Counted from the first letter of the stretch, positions 12,740 through 41,901 are shown. The stretch: 64,000 nucleotides of DNA from Amoebidium appalachense (GCA_963693365.1 CAVNZM010000008.1:6768830-6832829), one strand, 5' to 3'. Notes: generated by a model not told the origin, from the sequence alone. Program-made: numbers and translations.

Positions 12740-13530
12740 ACGAAAACTCTGGGCGCATCTCGTGGGCGTGAGGGTTTTGCGGGACACCGACGGGGTAGCT
12801 CTGCCAACAGAGCCTTGGTGGCACTGCAAATATATGGCGTATTATCATATATCAACCACACCATGCACATATAAGGTGCCATGCCGTAGCGGCGCCCTAT
12901 AATATGAGGCTCATCACTGTTGTTCATGTGTACACGTGTATGTATGTATGAGCGAGATCATCATGGGCGACGACATAAAGTTGTGTGGGGGCATGTGGCT
13001 GCACTATAAGATTGACCCCATAAGTTGACGGTGTGCACTGTGCAGCGGTCATGTACCTGCTTGATACCAATAATATATGCCAATTAGCTGTGCGTGTGCA
13101 TGTCATTAGTCACACTACCACCCACTTCTACGGTGGTGCACATACCACAGCGCGCGTGCCGCAGTGCTTTCACCTTTGCCACCAAGTGCCGGCGCCAGGC
13201 CTAGCTAGGCCATGCCAGAAGATGCCCATCTCCCATATGTATATATTATAGTAAATGATGTCTATCTGAAATGATAGCAGCTGCAGCATTGTAAATACTG
13301 CAATGACAATTTTCAGTAGGCTGAAGCCGTGACCCGACAACTTTTAACAAATTTCTTACGCTTCATCGGAGCCCCATGGCCAGGGCGGCGCGTACAGTCA
13401 CATGTACAGTATGTACTGATTGTGAGGGTTTCCAAGCGTCTCCTTCTTTCCGAGCCCCATCTTGTTCGTGCAACCGTACGCGTTGCAATTGTGTGAACCG
13501 ACGGTTCAAGTTGCAACATGGTTTGCACCA
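12740..13530 (+). pseudogene. Probable degenerate hAT transposase relic
   Basis: Colinear motif remnants in shifting frames: KLWAHLVG...WWHCKY (BED-finger-like, about 12745-12835), HFYGGAHTTAR (F.G.HT-like, about 13120-13155) and VAIV*TDGSSCNMV (IVTD.xSNM catalytic-Asp-like, about 13480-13525). Interrupted by stops and frameshifts. Confidence 0.35.
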
Positions 13531-13869
13531 GGCACGTGCGCATGTATCACGTAAGCTTATGTGTCGTAACAAGCCCGAAACTTGGCTGTGGCATGTTGTG
13601 CCAGCCAATTCCCCGGCCGACTCAACTTGTATCCATGTATGTAATATATGGCACAGCAGAGTATATGGACATGGCCATGGGATACATAGCTGTTATTATT
13701 ATTATGTAGCATTTTGATTAAGAAAAACTCACTGAGTTGCCCAAAGGCTTAAAGCTTCAAATAACAAGCCATATCATATATGATATGTATAATTCCATAG
13801 TACATATGTACACGTGCACCGTCCTGGTACCGGTGGTGGGATGGCCGTCTCACGGTATTGATGGCAAGC

Positions 13870-13951
<82 letters not shown>

Positions 13952-14681
13952 CTCTCTGCCAGACCCTCCATCCCCTGCTGAGTGTGCAGCTAGCTTTGAA
14001 TATTAATTAATCAGGAGGGGGGGTCATTCAGGATAGTCGTTGAAGACATTAATTATTATTAAACACAACTTTCATGACTTCATGATAACTGTGTACATAC
14101 ACAGTCACCGTGATTTTGTTGAATTAAAATCCTAGTGGCTACCCAGCATGGGGGGAAATAAGATAATCGGGGGGAGGGGGGGGGGGAGGGGAGGGGGGAG
14201 GCGGGGGGAGGCGGGAGCGGAGGTGGGGGAAGAAGGGGAGGTGGGGGGAGGGAGGGAGAGGGCGGGGAGGCCGGGAGGGCTCTGCTAGCTTGGTTGGTGA
14301 CAGCCTTAAAGCCTATGCACCTTTAAGTTGGTGTGTGTATGTGTGTACTGATGATGTGTGTTTTTGTGTGTGTGTGTGTGTGTGTATCAGTGTGTGTGTG
14401 TGTGTGTGTGTGTGTGCCGCGCCACTGGCGGTACATGTGTGTGTCACATGCGTGTGTGCGCGTGCCAGTGTGTTGTGTATGTGTGTGTGCGACGCGCATG
14501 AAGGTGTGTGTGTGTGTAACAGTGCGCATGACTGGTCGGTGTGTATGTGTGTCACGGTGTGTAGTGTGTGTCACGGTGTGTAGTGTGTGTCACGGTGCGC
14601 GCGCTCATGAAGATGTATGTGAATGTGTGTGAGAGTGCCGCTTGCGCGAGGGTGGTGTGTGTGTGTGTGCGTGCGTGCTAC

Positions 14682-14801
<120 letters not shown>

Positions 14802-15194
14802 CCACGGTGTGCGCGCGCGCGAATCATTCACAACTCATGCGCACGCAAACAAAAAAGTCATCAGAAGCGAATCAGGTCGAAAATAAATTTGGATTTCCAA
14901 TCAGAAAACCAAAACAGGTTAGGCTTCCAATCATAAACATATAAAACCAAAACCGCGCAATAGCCTCATTGAAAAAAAAAAAAAAAAAAAAAATAAAAAA
15001 ATAAAAAGAGGAAGTATACGTATGCCTGCAGTATCACGATGGAATCTCAAATATATGGTCCCGGAGGAAACTAAAAACCCAATGACCATGCGCGTCCATG
15101 GCTGCCCATGCTCTAGCCACGCACTTCAATAATAGCAGAGCAACACGGTGTCATGCAGTGCATGGCAGTCGGCGCACACACGTATACCCTCTCG

Positions 15195-15228
<34 letters not shown>

Positions 15229-15335
15229 CCCCCCTCCCCCCCTCCCCCTCTCGCCCTTCCCCCTCCCTCCTCCCCCCCCCCCCCCCCCCCCCCAATTAAT
15301 CTCCTCCCCTCCCTCCCCTCCCCTCCCCCCCCCCC

Positions 15336-15377
<42 letters not shown>

Positions 15378-15779
15378 CCGCCCCGTCTTCCCCTTTGACC
15401 TCCCCCTCCCCCCGAGTTCCTCCTCGAGAACCCTTTTTGGGATTACAGCACTGGATTGGAAGGTATGCGGATGTGTGGAGGGAGTGTGGAGGAAGGAGGA
15501 GGGGGGTAGAGGGAGGGGGGTGGGGGGCCCGGGGGGGGAGGGGGAGGGAGATTCTGGGAGGCGGGGTGGGTGGGGAGGTTGCCGGCGGGGGGTGGGTGGG
15601 CGGGGGAAGGGGGGGGGTGGGGGGAGAGTTGGGGGGGGGAGGGGGGGGGAGGGGGGGGGGGGGGGGGGGGGGGGAAGGGAATAAGCTTTGATCGGACTCT
15701 GTTGAACCTTACGGCCGAGGAACCTTAATTCTAGACCCTACCCCCAATTTACCTGTTATCTCAAAAGTGACTGACCCAT

Positions 15780-17605
15780 GGAGATATGTCTTATATGGCC
15801 CTTCTCTGCAGCAAGCAGGGGGATATGCCTTATATCTCGCTCCTTTCTACGACAAGCAGGGAGATATGCCTTATATCTCCCCCCTTTCTACGACAATCAG
15901 GGAGGTATGCCTTATATCTCCCCCCTTTCTACTACAAGCAGGGAGATATGCCTTATACCTCCCCCCTTTCTACGACAAGCAGGGAGATATGCCTTATATC
16001 TGAGACTCCCCCCTTTCTACAACAAGCAGGGAGATATGCCTTATATCCCCCCCCTTTCTACAACAAGCAGGGATATATGCCTTATATCTGAGACTCCCCC
16101 CTTTCTACAAGCAGGGATATATGCCTTATATCTCCCCCCTTTCTACGACAAGCAGGGAGATATGCCTTATATCTGAGACTCCCCCCTTTCTACAACAAGC
16201 AGGGAGATATGCCTTATATCTCGCCCGTTTCTACGACAATCAGGGATATGTCTTATATCTCCCCCCGTTTCTAAGACAAGCAGGGAACCTGATGATGAAA
16301 AGGCGTTTAACATACTAGCTTCCCCCTTTCTGCAGGGAGAAATATATATGCCTTATGTGAGTCCCTTCCTTTCTACGTGTCCGATCACGGTACGAAAAAC
16401 TGACAAGCAGGGAGATACGTCTCATATGTCCCTACCTTTTTAAGACAAGCAGGAACTTCACACCTTAGTCTCGGCCTCTTCCACAACAAGCCCGGAGATA
16501 CACTTTATATCTCCCCCCTTTCTACGACAATCAGGGAGATACACTTTATATCTTCCCCCTTTCTACGACAAGCAGGGAGATACACTTTATATCTCCCCCC
16601 TTTCTACGACAAGCAGGGAGATACACTTTATATATATATCTCCCCCCTTTCTACGACAAGCAGGGAGATACACTTTATATCTCCCCCCTTTCTACGACAA
16701 GCAGGGAGATACACTTTAAATCTCCCCCCTTTCTACAACAAGCAGGGAGGTATGCCTTATGTTTCCCACCTTTTACGACAAGCAGGGACTCGTACACTTT
16801 ATATCTCCCTCCTTTCTGTAACAAGCAGGGAAATACACTTTATATCTCCCCCCTTTCTACAACATGCATGGACATATGCCTCAGTGTCTCCCCGATTTCT
16901 ACGACAAGCAGGGAGATACACTTTATATCTCCCCCCTTTCTACGACAAGCAGGGAGATACACTTTAAATCTCCCCCCTTTCTACAACAAGCAGGGAGGTA
17001 TGCCTTATGTTTCCCACCTTTTACGACAAGCAGGGACTCGTACACTTTATATCTCCCTCCTTTCTGTAACAAGCAGGGAAATACACTTTATATCTCCCCC
17101 CTTTCTACAACATGCATGGACATATGCCTCAGTGTCTCCCCGATTTCTACGACAAGCAGGGAGATACACTTTATATCTCCCCCCTTTCTACGACAAGCAG
17201 GGAGATACACTTTATATCTCCCGCCTTCTACAACAAGCAGGAAGATAAAGGCTTATATCTCCTCCCTTTCTACGACAAGGAGGGAGATACACTTTATATC
17301 CTCCCCCCCTTTCTGCAACAAGCAGGGAGATGCACCTGATGTCTCCCGGGGGCCCTTTCCACAACCTGAGCAGGGAGATACACCTTATATCTCCCTCCCT
17401 TCTACAACAAAACAGGGACATACGTCCCATATGTAGATCTTCCTCCCTTTCTAAGACAAGCAGGGAGATACACCTCATATCTCCCCCTTTCCTCAACCTG
17501 AGCACGGAGCATCATCATAGGTTAAGCGGCTTCAAAGCGGCCTTATATCTCCCTGCTTTAGGCTACTAATAATTACGACAAGTAGGGAGATATGCCTTAT
17601 CTTGT
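15780..17605. repeat. 41-bp hairpin-forming minisatellite, two subfamilies, with a 248-bp higher-order duplication
   Basis: Consensus GACAAGCAGGGAGATATGCCTTATATCTCCCCCCTTTCTAC. Each unit has the inverted repeat GGGAGATA(T)...(A)TATCTCCC. The TGCCTT variant dominates 15780-16290 and the CACTTT variant dominates 16490-17310. Identical segments are offset by 248 bp (e.g. 16751 vs 16999). Confidence 0.95.
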
Positions 17606-17939
17606 AGATTTTCCGGCCTATTTTTCTACCACAAGCCATTTTCTACAAGTAGTACTGATATGCCATTACTATGATCTTTCTCTTGAACCGACTCATGGCA
17701 GCTCAGTGACTAATAATATACTATGCGCAAATATAATGTCAAGGCTTAAGTTTCCAAGTGATGACAAGCAGAGCCTCAGCCCCGGACATTAATATTATGG
17801 CTCTAATCTCTCCCACCCCCACCAATATAGCTGCCTTCAGCAGGCCATGCAATAATTATTATGCCACATTGCATGATCTCCTCCTTCCGCTCTACGGCAC
17901 TGTAGGAAGAGCAACATGGCTGCTAGACCTCACTCCCTC

Positions 17940-18200
17940 TTATGTTGCAGGCAGAGAGAGGGTGGCATGTATCAGCCTCCACACCCCCCCACAGTTACCC
18001 TACCGCAGTTCAAGGAGGGAAAGCTAGTCTCCCTTGGCAAGGCACCGGATATGGCCACCAGCTGAGCTGCCGCAGCTGCTTAATAGCAACTTGGGGAGAA
18101 ATGTTTACACTTGGGCCGGTGAGCCTGTGCCAAAGGCTCGGGTTGGGCTATACTTTCACACTGCGGCCGGGCCAATTGGACTACATGTTTCCCGTCGGCC
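17940..18200 (+). pseudogene. Possible LINE AP-endonuclease relic
   Basis: Weak motif similarity only: ACISLHTP (isvYaP-like) and GYTF...QLDYMF (yT....iDyi-like), in different frames. Confidence 0.15.
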
Positions 18201-18434
18201 TGCAATTTTTTTTAAATTTTTTTTTTTTTTGGGGGGGGAAGGGGGGGGGGGGAAGGGGGGGGGGAAGGGGGGGGGGGGGAAGGTGGGGCGGGGAGGGGAG
18301 GGGGGAGGGGGGGGGGGAGACCCGGGGGAGGGACTGACTTCTCTCAGGCTCCCTCGCTCTGCCCTTTCAAGCATTAGATTTATAACTACTGCCTGCGGCC
18401 GTGGCCCCGGGTGGGTAGGGTTGGGTTTAGGGGG

Positions 18435-18496
<62 letters not shown>

Positions 18497-18889
18497 CTTC
18501 GTCACATCTACTAATACTTACTATTACTACTGAGACATCATCGGATGGTGGGAGGTCTGCCCCTGCCCCCCTCCCCGGGCCTCCCTTGATCAAGCACTAC
18601 ATAGTCACTGGGGAGACGTGTACTTGTAATGTTGGGGATCATTGCAATTTATTGGTTCTTGATTCTGCAACTGGCCAGGAAATTCGATCAAGTCGCGGCC
18701 TAAGCTAACACTATTATTTCGGTGTATTTCGAATCACCATGATGGTCTATTCAACTTGTGGAATGTGTGTGCAGAGCCTACGACCGGTACACTCGGGCAT
18801 CGAAAGGCAGTACTTGCAGTAATAGTGTTCGGTGGGCACTGCTAGCGAATGCCTGCCTCTCAGACTGAGTCACCGGGCTTCAAAATGCA

Positions 18890-19117
18890 CAGGGTTCGAT
18901 TTCTGTTTTTGAAACTTTGGGGTAGCCCAAGGGTCCAAATTGTTTGGGATTTGCCAGAAGAACCTTGGGAAAATCCTGGGCGAAAAAACGGCCATGCATG
19001 TCACGGCCCTCCTCCCCTACCCCCTCCAGATCTTCGCCCCCCGGCCGTGTCGACCCACTGTACCCACTCACGGCCCGCAAACTCCGCCCTCCCCCTCCCG
19101 GCCTCCCCCCTCAACAT

Positions 19118-19148
<31 letters not shown>

Positions 19149-19269
19149 CCACCCGCGGGGAGCCCTGGCGGCGCGTCGGGCCCCCCCTAGGGCCATGCTG
19201 GCCATGGGCACCAATATTCACCCAAGTGCACAGTCCACTTTACCCACTCGAATCCCCGTCCTCCCCCCT

Positions 19270-19312
<43 letters not shown>

Positions 19313-19418
19313 CCCCGCCGGCCCCCCGGCCCCACCCCAATCCCCGGACGTTCTTCGGGAATCCAGAAAAAAAGTTTGGGAAATTCCCAAACTTTTTTGG
19401 GGGGAATTTCGATCCCTG
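18890..19418. mobile_element. Non-autonomous hAT element (MITE)
   Basis: Imperfect TIRs CAGGGTTCGATTTC / CAGGGATCGAAATTC (reverse complement) are flanked by a perfect 8-bp TSD, AAAATGCA (18882-18889 and 19419-19426). CAGGG ends with an 8-bp TSD are characteristic of hAT. Confidence 0.85.
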
Positions 19419-19501
19419 AAAATGCATTACCACTGACACCGATCAAGTACTACAATAATCTTCTCCGCAGAGTGCACACAAGATACCTCAGTGGTGGTAT
19501 G

Positions 19502-19607
<106 letters not shown>

Positions 19608-19796
19608 TTATTTTATCACGTTTTGTTCGCGGAGGGCCTTTTCAGGCCCTCTAGCTAGGGAAACTACCGTCTACCACACAGCACCGACAGTACTAGTTAA
19701 GGTGCTATCTATGAGTTCAGCTAAGCTAAACCATCCTTCACACCCTAAGTATAAGTACACACTTTGCCCAGGGCTACTACCCCAGCCACGCCGGCA

Positions 19797-19834
<38 letters not shown>

Positions 19835-20248
19835 TAATATATGAGATTCTCGGTACGTACCGTTGAACCTGGTCACTGTGCCGCATGTGTGAGAGCAAGT
19901 GGCACCGATGGACCTACCTTTTTTTATTGCACGTTTTGTATATTGAGCAAATTTTAAATGTTACTACCGTACGGTCATTCAGCGATAAAAATTCTCGTAC
20001 GTGGATACTGTGCCACACATCATTGTTAGCTTCTAAACACGGCCCCATACACGTGTGATTACAGTGTTACTACCTTCATTAATTAATTGCTTAGAATTAT
20101 GTGCCTCAAAAACCCTCCCGGTCGCTGCTGCAGGTAGTTGCCACCACCGATGACACCAAACACATTATATACAACATACTGCACAAACCATCATACTATA
20201 CGCATTCAAATTGACTGTGTGCACCTAGTGTGCATTATTAGGCACCGT

Positions 20249-36411
<16,163 letters not shown>

Positions 36412-37898
36412 TTTCGCACCTTGTTACGACTTTCACTCTCTGGCTCAATGGCATGCTGTGCTCCAGTGCTACTCTGCCTGCCTATTGTAGGCTTAACACA
36501 GTCGTGTCTCGCTTATGTGTGTGTGTGGTGTAATCCAACCGCGTTTCCCAATTAGACTTAAAGAACAGAGCTTTGCCAGTTTTCTATTTGCATCAAACTG
36601 CTGGATTAACGTAGTAAAAGCGCATATTCTGCCCGACTGTACCCTTGTGCTTGCCTTCGCATCTGGTGTGGGGTTTTTTAAAAGGAACGACTCTTTGGAG
36701 AGGGCAGCTCAATGGTAAGGCAGGTTGGCAAGTGCACGGAGAGAAGAAGCCTTGCAACTTCCAAAATTGGCGCTTGGATCTGAAAACATCCAAGCTTGAG
36801 TGAAACAATCATTGCATGGAGTGAAAGGAGGAAAACGGACGCAGGTACCTAATGATTGTCAAGAACACTGAATGACAAAAAGCCAATCACATAATCTTTC
36901 TAAGTGACATAACCGAATATGGCTAATCAAACAAGTCATCGATCCAATCGTGACGATCCAGACCTTAGGTGCTTCACCGCTTCTGGCTGTGTCCGTTGCC
37001 TCACCCAGGCTTCAAGTTACACAGACCCGACGAGGGTTTGGCACAGTGACGCTACCGAAAATGAAGGTCGTAAATAAAAATGGTACGTTAAAAAAATCGA
37101 ATTTTTCGAGGCGGCCGTGGTGGTTGGGGTGGGGAGTTTGTTGTTGCCTAACATCTGCTTTTTCGAACTGACGCCTGGTAAATATAGTGGATATTGTTGG
37201 GAGGCTTGCAGTCACAATCAGTGAATTAACTTACGACCGGCCACAGACCAATCTATTCAAAGGGTACTCAAGTGAAGGCGGCATTTATGTGTACTTGTGT
37301 GTGTGTGTGTGCACGTGTAACAAAGCAAAGATGTGTGGGGGTATATACCACATGCTGGTGTGTGTGTGTGTGTGTGTGTGTGTTTGTGTGTGCGTGCGTG
37401 TGTGTGCGTGTCCCCATAATGTTGGAGTAGGTGTGCATGCTTGCTTGATGCTCTGGCATACCTACATATACATTTCTTGTTACATGCCTAGCCCGAATAA
37501 GAGCTGAAATTTTAAAGAGGAAAACAAAACAAAAAAACAAAAAGGTCTAGACTACAGAACAGACTAGAAAGTCAGGAGAGAGGTGTGTGTGTACGGATGT
37601 GGTGTGTGTTGTACTGTGTGTGTGTGTATGTGTGTGTGTGTGTGTGTGCGCGCGTCTGTATGTGTATCTGCGATTGTTTGAGTAAGTGATGCAACACTTT
37701 ATGGGATTTAAATGGCTAAGAATGCCTGCTTGAAATGTCACCCTACCCATCCAAGGTTTTTAACGGAAAATTCTAGCTGAAGTTGATGTCTACAAATACG
37801 CCCATCCCCACAGCACGCTTTCGAATTACGTTTCCTACTACGTTTCATATTCTTCCCCCCCCCCCCCCCCCCCCCCCCCCCCCGCGCCCAATACGAAA

Positions 37899-40763
37899 CT
37901 ATTGCTCCCCGCCCCTCTCTGGTCTCCTCTTTCCTCTAAACCGCCTATCTTCGGGCCAGCCCTCTTTCCTTTCACCCCCCCTACCATCACGAACAAACTG
38001 CGTGTCCGGTCTTTCCCCCCTGTTAACGCTCGCCCACCCGTCCCCTCGTTCTTTTCTCCTCCTGTTTAATTCCTCCCACCGTGTGAAATCGTCGGTGATT
38101 CGTTTGTTGGGTGCAATGTCCATATCGCGCATCAACTTCTGGAGCTCTCTCACCCGTTCCTCGTTGTTGTAACGCATGTTGACAAACATGAGGGGGGCAA
38201 ATGATTTGGCGTCCAACCTCCCCTCCAGCACCGATTGCATGGTCGAGAATATTCTCTCCGCCCCCGTCACGTCCCCCAAGACCGCGCACGTGTTCAGTAG
38301 TGACGTGAAAATTTCCACCCCGGGCCTCCACCCCTCCGTCTGCATTTGCCGGAACAGGGTTTCCACCGTTCCCTGCCGCTGAAGGCGGCAGAACACGTTC
38401 ACGAGGGCACGGTAGCAACTGTCGTTGAATCGCACCCCACGTTCGATTATGGAATTTAACATACTTTCCGCTTCCGCGATTTTCCCTGCTCTCGCATATG
38501 ACGTGATACAGTGGATGTACGCCCGTGGATCGAGCGTAATACCGAGCGAATGAACCGCCCTAAGAGACGTCTCCAGCGAATCGAAATCGCCCGCTGCGGC
38601 GTACCCCTGGGCCATAAGCGAATACGTGGTGGCGTCCGGATCGATCCGATTATCCTCCATCTCACGCAGGATCTCACGGGATCTCCTTAGGCCGAACTCG
38701 GATGACATGCGTATGTAGACGCTGAGAATCTCGTTGTACACACGCCGTGTGAGAGGGACACCCATCAACTTCATGTCCTCCACCACCATCTCCATACCCA
38801 ACACGTCTCCCGCGTGCCCAAAAACTGTTGCTAATAGACCGTAGGTGCGCGGGCCTGGTGTGCCGTGCCTGCATATCTCGTCGAAACTCCTGCGTATGGT
38901 GGGTATGTGCACCAGGGAATAGTGGTGGGGTTGGGCCGTTGGTATCGACCCTTGCTGCTGCTTTGTCTTTCTTTGTGTGTGTGTGCCGTGTGACCCTGCT
39001 CGTTGCTGTTCCATTTGCCTCAGTTCCACGTGGTGGTCGACCACCCCCTCCAGCAGGGCGTGTGTAACGTTGTCGTCTCTCTCCGGGCACTTTGCAAGCA
39101 CAGACTCCAACAGCCCCACATCCTCCGCCCTCCTGCACGCCCGCAACGCCACGCTGAGGGTTGCTGACGTCATCTCCACACCCATCCTCTCCATCATGTC
39201 CAGAATCTCGCCTACCTTCTCCACGTCCCCTCTCGCTGCAAAAGTACTTAGCGCCGCGGTATATGCCGGGACGTCCAAAGCAACCCCCAAACCCTCCGTA
39301 TCCCGTAGAATTCCGTCTACCCGCTCCCAATCCCCGGCCCTGCCCAACCCGTTCATGACTATTTGGTAGAACCGAGCGTCCGGAATTAGGGACCCCTCCT
39401 CCACCCTCCTCGAATACTCAAAATAGACGTCGCTCAACCCCGCAACATCGCTGACCCGCGAAAACTTCTGCGCGACAATGGTAAACGTAGCAGTGTCGGG
39501 GTGTACGCCGTCAGTGGCCATGGCCGCCAGGAGGGTGCGACATGCGGCGGGTGTTGGTGTGTGTGTGAGCATGGTGTTGTAGTGCTGCACCGTGGCCATG
39601 CGGCGGGCACACAGGTAGTCAAAGTGCTCCTGCGCCTGTGCGTGCATGTTGCTCGTGAGCAGCCGCCGTAGCCTGTGTGCAGAGAACGTGGGTCAGCGGG
39701 GCTGTCTTCACCGTCATATCGACAGAGCAAAAAAGAAGAAAAAGGCAAAAGAATGGCAGAACCCAAAATCGAACTTCCCCTTACCCCCCCCCCCCCACAT
39801 AAAAAAATGTTGGTGTGTGCAGGGCAACCAGGAAAGAAAAAACCCGGAGCCCCCCCCCCCCCCCCCCCCCCCCCCCTCCCACACACACACACATTTTTTT
39901 GTGCGTGTCTTGGGGGGGGGGGGGGGGGGGGGGGGGGGAGGGGGGGGGCTGCTGAGGTTGAGCAAAAGCACAGGGCACCACAAGAACCCCCCCCCCCCCT
40001 CTTCCTCCCCCTTCCCCTCTCCTCTGTCCTTCTTCCCCTCTCCCTCCCTCCCCCCCTCTCTCCCTCTTTGTTGTAAGGAGCGAGGGGGTGATGCATGCGC
40101 TAATCAAGCCCGCAAGAATGAACAAAAAAAAACAAAACAGTAGCAACCAGGCACTGAGGAAGAGGACGGCAAAGCAAAACAGCAACAAGTACGTGGAGAC
40201 ACCAAGGACGAAAACCAGCACAGACAGAAGGAACGGAGAAGGGGGCATGAACTACATGGTGAAGTATGATTGAAGCAGGGGATTGCGGGCAGGACCTGGG
40301 GAGGAGGGGATAGAATATGTTGCAAAGTACGAAGTGCGGTCATGACGGAAAGGGGGACAGTGAGGAATGTGGTATTGGCCTTTGGGGTGGAGGGTGGGGT
40401 GGTAAGCGGGTGGGTGCTAGGTGGTGGTGGGGGTCAATAACATGAGGAGAGTAAGGGACCAGAGGACAAGTGGGAATTTGACGGCCCACAACAATGTTCT
40501 CATGTATGTGCAGACGTGCTGTGCTTAAGTATATGAATGCATACTGGTTGGTTGGAGGGAGGAGAGGGAGGCAAGGGAGAAGGGCTCAGAATGAAGAATG
40601 AATGAAGTTTTTCCATGGCTTAGAATGGGATACAGAGAAGCCATGGCAAAAAAAATGGGTATATGCAAAAAGAAAACCGCAAGCCTGTGAAAGTATGAAA
40701 AGATAATGTGAGGGAGGGGTGGAGGGAGGGGTGGGGGGCGAGTTAGGGTTGGGGTTAGGGGGG

Positions 40764-40806
<43 letters not shown>

Positions 40807-41782
40807 AGAACGATAAATCTCAATGGAAGTCAAGAATTGGAATTGGGTTTGTAGCAGAGAAAGAAAGCATACATCAGCAATAGACGGCGCGCGCGCGCGC
40901 ATCTCAATGGAAGTCAAGAATTGGAATTGGGTATGTAGCAGAGAAAGAAAGTATACATCAGCAATAGACGGCGCGCGCACGCGCGTGTGTGTGTGTGCGT
41001 GTGCGCGCGCGCGCGCACACAGATGTGCATGTATACGACTGAATGTGTCTGTTTTGATACGTATGCCAGAATGTGCAAAGGAAACGAACAAAGAGGTACG
41101 AGAAACCCAAGGGCTACAAACACGTGTGTGAGTGAGTGTGTGTGTGCGCGCGTGCACGTGTGTGTGTGTCCTCACGTATGCCAAAATATGGGAGGGAAAA
41201 AAACAGAAGAGGCAAATTAAGCTCGATGGGCTACACAGGAGTCTGGTTGGAGAGAAGAAATGGAAACAAAAGCCGTTGAAAAGAACGGAGCAGTCAAGCG
41301 ACCAGGAACCATGGAAAACAAACTGAACATAGGCTTAGAAGACGAGGGGAGTTGGTGGAAGACAGAAGGTCAGAAGAAAAAGGAGAAGGAGACAAAGAGA
41401 GGCAGGCACCACACGGCTGCCGAAAAGAGGGAGATCAGCAGAGGAGAGATGGAAAGAGGTGGAGCATGGGTGAGGGGTAGTAATGCATTAGAGGGTGGAA
41501 GGGGGAGATATGGGATGAGCGGGGGGGAGGGGGAGGTTATAACGTGCTAGAGGGTACGAAAACTAACTCGAGAGGGGGAGGGGCGGGGGGGGAGAGAGTT
41601 GGCTGTGAAATGGTGAGCAAGGAGTGGTAAGAGGAAAGAAAAAGTGGAGAGGAGGGGGGGCGAGAGAGGAAAGGGGGGGACGGGGGGGAGGGAGGGATAG
41701 AGAGAGTGTGAGTGAAAGAGAGAGAGGGACAGGGAGGGAGGGAGTAAGAGAGAGAGATAGAGGGACAGGGAGAGAGTGAGGG

Positions 41783-41868
<86 letters not shown>

Positions 41869-41869
41869 G

Positions 41870-41901
<32 letters not shown>

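Noticed and set aside
15780-17605. CRISPR array, or a repeat-protein ORF (RQAGRYALYLPPFYDKQGDMPYISPLSTTSREICLISPPFL)
   Set aside because: Sequences between hairpins are near-identical rather than unique spacers and no cas genes are visible. The unit is 41 bp (not a multiple of 3) and indels break the frames.
18830-18905. tRNA/SINE-like B box (GGTTCGA)
   Set aside because: No cloverleaf or A box; the motif is part of the hAT MITE TIR.
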